The translations under genes and the position numbers were made by a program. Below are positions 59,941 to 64,000 of a stretch of DNA of 64,000 bases, piece by piece. The notes beneath the pieces are model-generated. The model worked only from the letters and a program-made list of their open reading frames with translations. It made no database searches and was not told the DNA's origin. This DNA is from an uncultured Rhizobium sp. (lineage in GTDB: Bacteria; Bacteroidota; Bacteroidia; NS11-12g; UBA955): the NCBI GenBank assembly GCA_964492925.1, contig CAZBMF010000001.1:3452-67451 (forward strand), written 5' to 3'. Each line of letters begins with the position of its first letter. Position 1 is the first letter of the stretch.

Positions 59941-61146
59941 ATGGCACTCAAGAATCTTCTCAAAAATAAATTAAACTTAAAATCAATTGAATTAGAATCT
60001 GAAGTTGGTAATGCTACTTCAGAGAGAATTTGGCTATCATCTCCGCACATGAGTGGCGATGAACAGAAATACATTTCTGAAGCATTTGCAACCAATTGGA
60101 TAGCCCCTTTAGGATCTAATGTTGATGGTTTTGAAAATGACGTTTGTGAATATACTGGAGCAAAGCATGCTGCTGCATTGTCGTCAGGTACAGCTGCCAT
60201 TCATTTGGCTTTAAAATTGTGTGGTGTAGGTCAAGACGATTACGTAATTTGTCAAAGTTTTACTTTTGTAGCTACTGCAAATGCAATTTTGTATGAAAAG
60301 GCTATCCCAATTTTTGTAGATTCTGAATCTGATACTTGGGGAATGGATCCCAAATTAATGGAAAAAGCCATTTTACATTGTATCTCTTTGGAGAAAAAGC
60401 CAAAAGCAATCATTCCCGTTCATTTATATGGTATGCCTGTAAAAATGGATGAAATCATGGAAATCGCGAACAAATACAAAATCCCCGTAATTGAGGATGC
60501 GGCCGAAGCTTTGGGCTCTACAATTAATGGTAAAAAGTGTGGAACTTTCGGCGATTATGGTGTTATTTCATTCAATGGAAATAAAATCATCACCACTTCA
60601 GGTGGAGGTATGTTATTGTCGGATTCAAAAACAAGAATTGAAAAGGCCAGATTTTTAGCCACTCAAGCAAGAGATATTGCTCCACATTATCAACATAGTG
60701 AAATGGGTTTCAATTACCGTATGAGTAATGTATTGGCTGGTATTGGTCGTGGACAAATGGAAGTAATTGATCAAAGGGTTCAACAGAGAAGGGCCAACTT
60801 TGAATTTTACAAAGAGGCTTTTTCGGAAATTCCTGGAATTTCATTTCTTGAAGAACTATGTGATTATAAGAGTAATAGATGGTTAACCATCATACTTGTA
60901 GATCCAAAGTTAACAGGTGGTATAACAAGTGAAAACTTAAGGTTGGCATTAGACGCTGAAAATATTGAATCACGTCCTTTGTGGAAACCAATGCATATGC
61001 AACCTTTGTTTGAAAAACATCCTTATTTTGGGAATGGTGTAGCTATGAAATTGTTTAAAACTGGACTTTGTTTGCCTAGTGGGAGTAATTTAAGTAAAGC
61101 AAACTTGGAAAGAGTTGTAAATGTAATCAAAGCACAACTTAAATAA
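59941..61146 (+). CDS. DegT-family PLP-dependent aminotransferase, PglE/WecE-like (nucleotide-4-keto-6-deoxy-sugar 4-aminotransferase)
   Basis: 'RIWLSSPHMSGDEQKYISEAFATNWIAPLG' is the classic N-terminus. PLP-Lys context 'VISFNGNKIITTSGGGMLLS'. The ATG at 59941 is preferred to the TTG at 59920. Confidence 0.85.
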   Translation: MALKNLLKNKLNLKSIELESEVGNATSERIWLSSPHMSGDEQKYISEAFATNWIAPLGSNVDGFENDVCEYTGAKHAAALSSGTAAIHLALKLCGVGQDDYVICQSFTFVATANAILYEKAIPIFVDSESDTWGMDPKLMEKAILHCISLEKKPKAIIPVHLYGMPVKMDEIMEIANKYKIPVIEDAAEALGSTINGKKCGTFGDYGVISFNGNKIITTSGGGMLLSDSKTRIEKARFLATQARDIAPHYQHSEMGFNYRMSNVLAGIGRGQMEVIDQRVQQRRANFEFYKEAFSEIPGISFLEELCDYKSNRWLTIILVDPKLTGGITSENLRLALDAENIESRPLWKPMHMQPLFEKHPYFGNGVAMKLFKTGLCLPSGSNLSKANLERVVNVIKAQLK

Positions 61147-61205
61147 TTTTATTTTCTAACAAAACCAATGTAGATTTGTGATTCCTAATTTTAGGAATGT
61201 AATCA

Positions 61206-62636
61206 ATGTCAATTAATAAAACTGCAATTGTAATAGGTGCTGGTCCGGCAGGTTTAACCGCTGCATATGAACTAGCAAAAAAAGGTGCAAAGGTTACTGT
61301 TATAGAGTCTACGGGGTCTGTTGGCGGGATGGCAAAGAGTTTTGAACTTTTTGGCCAAATTGTGGATTGTGGTCCACATCGATTTTTTTCAAGCGACAAG
61401 ATTGTGAATGATTTGTTTCATGAAATCGTTCAGGATGATTATACATTAGTAAACAGACTTACAAGGATATATTATAAAAATAAATTTTTTGATTATCCTT
61501 TGAAGTTGGGCAATGTACTCAAGAATTTAACACCAATTGAAATTATAGGAATCCTTTGGAGTTATGCAGTACAACGGGTATTTGGCAAAAAGAAATTAGA
61601 AACATTTGAAGACTGGGTTACTGATAAATTCGGAAAACGATTGTTTCAAATGTTTTTTAAAACTTACTCTGAGAAATTATGGGGAATTAGATGTGATCAA
61701 ATTGACTCTGATTGGGCCGCACAACGTATCAAGAAACTATCGTTATATGAAGCAGTGAAAGCTGCAATTTTTGGCAATAAAGGCAATAAACATAAAACAT
61801 TAGTTGATCAGTTTGCTTATCCTAAAAATGGAACAGGTGAAGTTTATGAAAAAATGGCTTCAGCCATCGTGAAAATGGGCGGCAACATTATTTACAATAC
61901 CAAAATTGCTTCGATAAATGTAGATAATCAAAAGAATATCACATCAGTTGTTGATGCAAATGGACAAGAATATTTGGCTGATCACTATATTTCAACTATG
62001 CCTTTAACCCTTTTGCTACAAGGAATGTCGGTCATTGATCAGAAGGTATTAGAAACATCTAAAAAGTTATATTTTAGAAATACAACTTTGGTTTACTTAG
62101 AAATTGATTCAGATAAATTATTCCCTGATAATTGGATTTATGTGCATTCTCCAGAGGTAAAACATGGTCGTATAACCAATTTTAGAAACTGGTGTCCAAC
62201 GATTAACAAAGATAAAAACACCACAATTTTATGTTTGGAGTTTTGGAGTTTTGATCATGAAGAACTTTGGGGATATTCAGACGATCAATTAACTGAATTG
62301 GCATCAAAGGAAATACGAACATTGAACTTAATTAACCGTGATGCTGAAATTTTAAATACTGCAGTGGTTAGAATTCCAAAATGTTATCCAGTTTATGAAA
62401 CAGGATATATGGATAATTTACAACCTGTAATTGATTATTTGAAGGAATTCAACAACTTACATCCAATTGGAAGGTATGGTTCGTTTAAATACAACAACCA
62501 AGACCATTCTATTTTGATGGGAATTTTAATAGCCAGACAACTTGAAACTGGAAGAGATCAAAAATTGTGGGATATCAATACAGATTCTGATTACCAAGAA
62601 GAAACTGAGATAAACCTAACTGGTTACAACGTGTAA
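61206..62636 (+). CDS. FAD/NAD(P)-binding oxidoreductase (amine-oxidase / protoporphyrinogen-oxidase-like fold)
   Basis: 'IVIGAGPAGLTAAYELAKKGAKVTVIESTGSVGG' dinucleotide-binding motif. 476 aa. Confidence 0.65.
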   Translation: MSINKTAIVIGAGPAGLTAAYELAKKGAKVTVIESTGSVGGMAKSFELFGQIVDCGPHRFFSSDKIVNDLFHEIVQDDYTLVNRLTRIYYKNKFFDYPLKLGNVLKNLTPIEIIGILWSYAVQRVFGKKKLETFEDWVTDKFGKRLFQMFFKTYSEKLWGIRCDQIDSDWAAQRIKKLSLYEAVKAAIFGNKGNKHKTLVDQFAYPKNGTGEVYEKMASAIVKMGGNIIYNTKIASINVDNQKNITSVVDANGQEYLADHYISTMPLTLLLQGMSVIDQKVLETSKKLYFRNTTLVYLEIDSDKLFPDNWIYVHSPEVKHGRITNFRNWCPTINKDKNTTILCLEFWSFDHEELWGYSDDQLTELASKEIRTLNLINRDAEILNTAVVRIPKCYPVYETGYMDNLQPVIDYLKEFNNLHPIGRYGSFKYNNQDHSILMGILIARQLETGRDQKLWDINTDSDYQEETEINLTGYNV

Positions 62637-62664
62637 ATATTGGTATAAATCTTTTAAAAAAATA

Positions 62665-62697
62665 AAGCCCTCGATTTCGAGGGCTTTATTTTTTTAT
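62665..62697 (+). terminator. Rho-independent terminator
   Basis: aaagccctcg-attt-cgagggcttt stem-loop followed by atttttttt. Confidence 0.7.
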
Positions 62698-62731
62698 GCA
62701 TCAATCTAAATTTGGTTAACTTTGCTCTGAT

Positions 62732-63235
62732 ATGCAAATTTCAATAATTGCGGCAATTGGTGAAAAAAATGAGTTAGGGGCTAACAATGATTTACTTTGG
62801 CACTTACCCATTGATTTTAAATGGTTTATACAAAACACGAAGGGAAAACCTGTTCTAATGGGCAGAAAAACCATGGAGAGTTTGGGTAAGCCTCTTAAAA
62901 ATAGAATGAACATTGTTTTAAGCAGATCAGAAAATCCATTAGAAGATGGCTTTCACTTGGTTCATACAATTGATGAGGCATTTAAGTTGGTGGATTCATC
63001 ACAAAATACCGAGCTGATGATCATTGGAGGAGCTCAAATTTATGAACAAACCATTTCATTTTGTGACAGATTGTTTTTAACGCATGTGAAAGCGGAATTT
63101 GAAAATGCCGATACATTTTTTCCGAAAATAGATATGAATCATTGGAATTGTATTTTCACTGAAGAACACAAAGCAGATGAACAACATGCCTTTGATTATA
63201 TTTTTTGCATCTATGAAAAAACATCAAAAAATTGA
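62732..63235 (+). CDS. folA: Dihydrofolate reductase
   Basis: 'ISIIAAIGEKNELGANNDLLWHLPIDFKWF...PVLMGRKTMESLGKPLKNRMNIVLSR' canonical DHFR. Confidence 0.9.
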   Translation: MQISIIAAIGEKNELGANNDLLWHLPIDFKWFIQNTKGKPVLMGRKTMESLGKPLKNRMNIVLSRSENPLEDGFHLVHTIDEAFKLVDSSQNTELMIIGGAQIYEQTISFCDRLFLTHVKAEFENADTFFPKIDMNHWNCIFTEEHKADEQHAFDYIFCIYEKTSKN

Positions 63236-64000
63236 AATTTAATAAGTTAATATTAATTATTTTCATTTTTTATTCATTTTTCACTTCAAATTTGAGGGGT
63301 CAAGTCATTGTTCCTCAAAAAAATAATTCAGATTCAATTAGTACCCTCATCATAGATGGTTTGAAACGAACCAAATCAATTACAATTTTTAGGGAGTTAA
63401 ATTATGAACCCAACAAAAAATTATTTGTCAATGATTCATTGCTAAATAGATGGGAACTGCGTTTGAGTTCGTTAAATTTATTTACTGATGTGGAATTTAT
63501 TCGAAACAATGATACGCTTAAAATTACGGTGATAGAGGAGTTCTACTATTGGTTAAATCCAGTTGGCGGATTTGCCGATAGAAATTTCCACAATTGGTTG
63601 TTAAATCCGAAGGCCAATCGGCTGTATTTTGGTGGAGATTTCCTGTTTTATAATTTATTTGGTTTAAATCATACCTGTACATTAACATTTGTTGGTGGTT
63701 TTAACCAACAAATTGGGTTAGGGTATGAATGGCCCAATTCAAAATTTGGTGATGGATGGATGGGGAAGGCAAAATTTTTATATTCCCGTAACCACGAAGT
63801 GTGGCTTAAAACGGAGAACAATCAAGTTGTTTTTTATCAGATTGAACCTTTGTATGCACAACAACTTACGAGTGGTAGTTTAAAATTGAGTAAAAAATTA
63901 TCGTATGAAAATAGTGTTGAAATTGGTAATACTATAGATTTTTATAGAATTGATCCTTCTGTATTTTACCAAAATCCAGATTATTTGGGTGGCGATAATG
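63232..64000 (+). CDS. Partial (5' part only) secreted/outer-membrane protein with a POTRA-like N-terminal domain (Omp85/TpsB-like?)
   Basis: Open frame from a TTG overlapping the folA stop and running to the window end; absent from the ORF track because it has no stop. Signal-like 'KFNKLILIIFIFYSFFTSNLRGQ'. 'IIDGLKRTKSITIFREL...KITVIEEF' resembles a POTRA domain. Confidence 0.35.
   Translation, partial: MKFNKLILIIFIFYSFFTSNLRGQVIVPQKNNSDSISTLIIDGLKRTKSITIFRELNYEPNKKLFVNDSLLNRWELRLSSLNLFTDVEFIRNNDTLKITVIEEFYYWLNPVGGFADRNFHNWLLNPKANRLYFGGDFLFYNLFGLNHTCTLTFVGGFNQQIGLGYEWPNSKFGDGWMGKAKFLYSRNHEVWLKTENNQVVFYQIEPLYAQQLTSGSLKLSKKLSYENSVEIGNTIDFYRIDPSVFYQNPDYLGGDN

Noticed and set aside
59772-59969. 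65-aa ORF in the gap upstream of the PglE-like aminotransferase
   Set aside because: No recognisable motif. It overlaps the likely true start region of the aminotransferase and is most likely non-coding leader.
61206-62636. Calling the FAD protein a UDP-galactopyranose mutase (Glf)
   Set aside because: It is about 100 aa longer than Glf. After the GxGxxG region it resembles amine-oxidase/PPO-like folds more than Glf. Kept as a generic FAD oxidoreductase.
1-64000. tRNA, rRNA, CRISPR array or mobile-element genes
   Set aside because: No intergenic region shows a T-loop-like GTTCGAATC or a cloverleaf candidate. No direct-repeat/spacer arrays. No transposase, integrase or recombinase-like ORF among the listed frames.

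Overview
This 64 kb window looks like a low-GC Bacteroidota chromosome segment. The evidence for that phylum is a T9SS C-terminal sorting domain, a GLPGLI-family protein, a fused 2-oxo-acid dehydrogenase E1, a DUF2723 membrane protein, and many 4-nt ATGA gene overlaps. Class (Flavobacteriia versus Sphingobacteriia) cannot be decided from the sequence alone.

The first ~31 kb is mostly housekeeping: ileS, a T9SS-secreted hydrolase, two TonB-dependent-receptor-like outer-membrane proteins, fused E1 alpha/beta, an aldehyde dehydrogenase, a greA-like gene, ribBA, a flavin reductase, gatB/yqeY, gltX, a DUF2723 giant membrane protein, rlmB, a DegT-ugd-UDP-xylose synthase trio, an FkbM methyltransferase, rlmN and der.

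From 31029 to about 62636 there is one long plus-strand polysaccharide (O-antigen or capsule) locus, almost certainly an operon or operons. In order it carries:
- wza and a wzc BY-kinase with a tyrosine-glycine tail.
- An unknown polytopic membrane protein.
- A CDP-3,6-dideoxyhexose pathway (rfbF, rfbG, rfbH/E1, an RmlC-like epimerase, an SDR reductase) with no E3 reductase.
- GT2, wzx, a wzy-like gene, GT4, an acetyltransferase and a GT4-like gene.
- Two tandem paralogs of an uncharacterised family with CE4-like motifs.
- A three-gene module (HisC/CobD-like PLP enzyme, HAD phosphatase, TupA-like ATP-grasp amidoligase) that resembles known glucuronic-acid amidation modules.
- GT2, GT4, GT4, a hypothetical protein and a PglC-like initiating transferase.
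- A dedicated short-chain acyl-ACP module (NeuD/PglD-like acyltransferase, two KAS III, an ACP, a FabG-like SDR) plus a PglE-like aminotransferase, consistent with N-acylation of a 4-amino-4,6-dideoxyhexose with a hydroxylated short acyl chain.
- An FAD oxidoreductase.

folA and a partial POTRA-like outer-membrane gene end the window. I saw no rRNA, tRNA, CRISPR array, transposase or integrase. All functional calls rest on remembered family motifs read by eye; I could run no database search.
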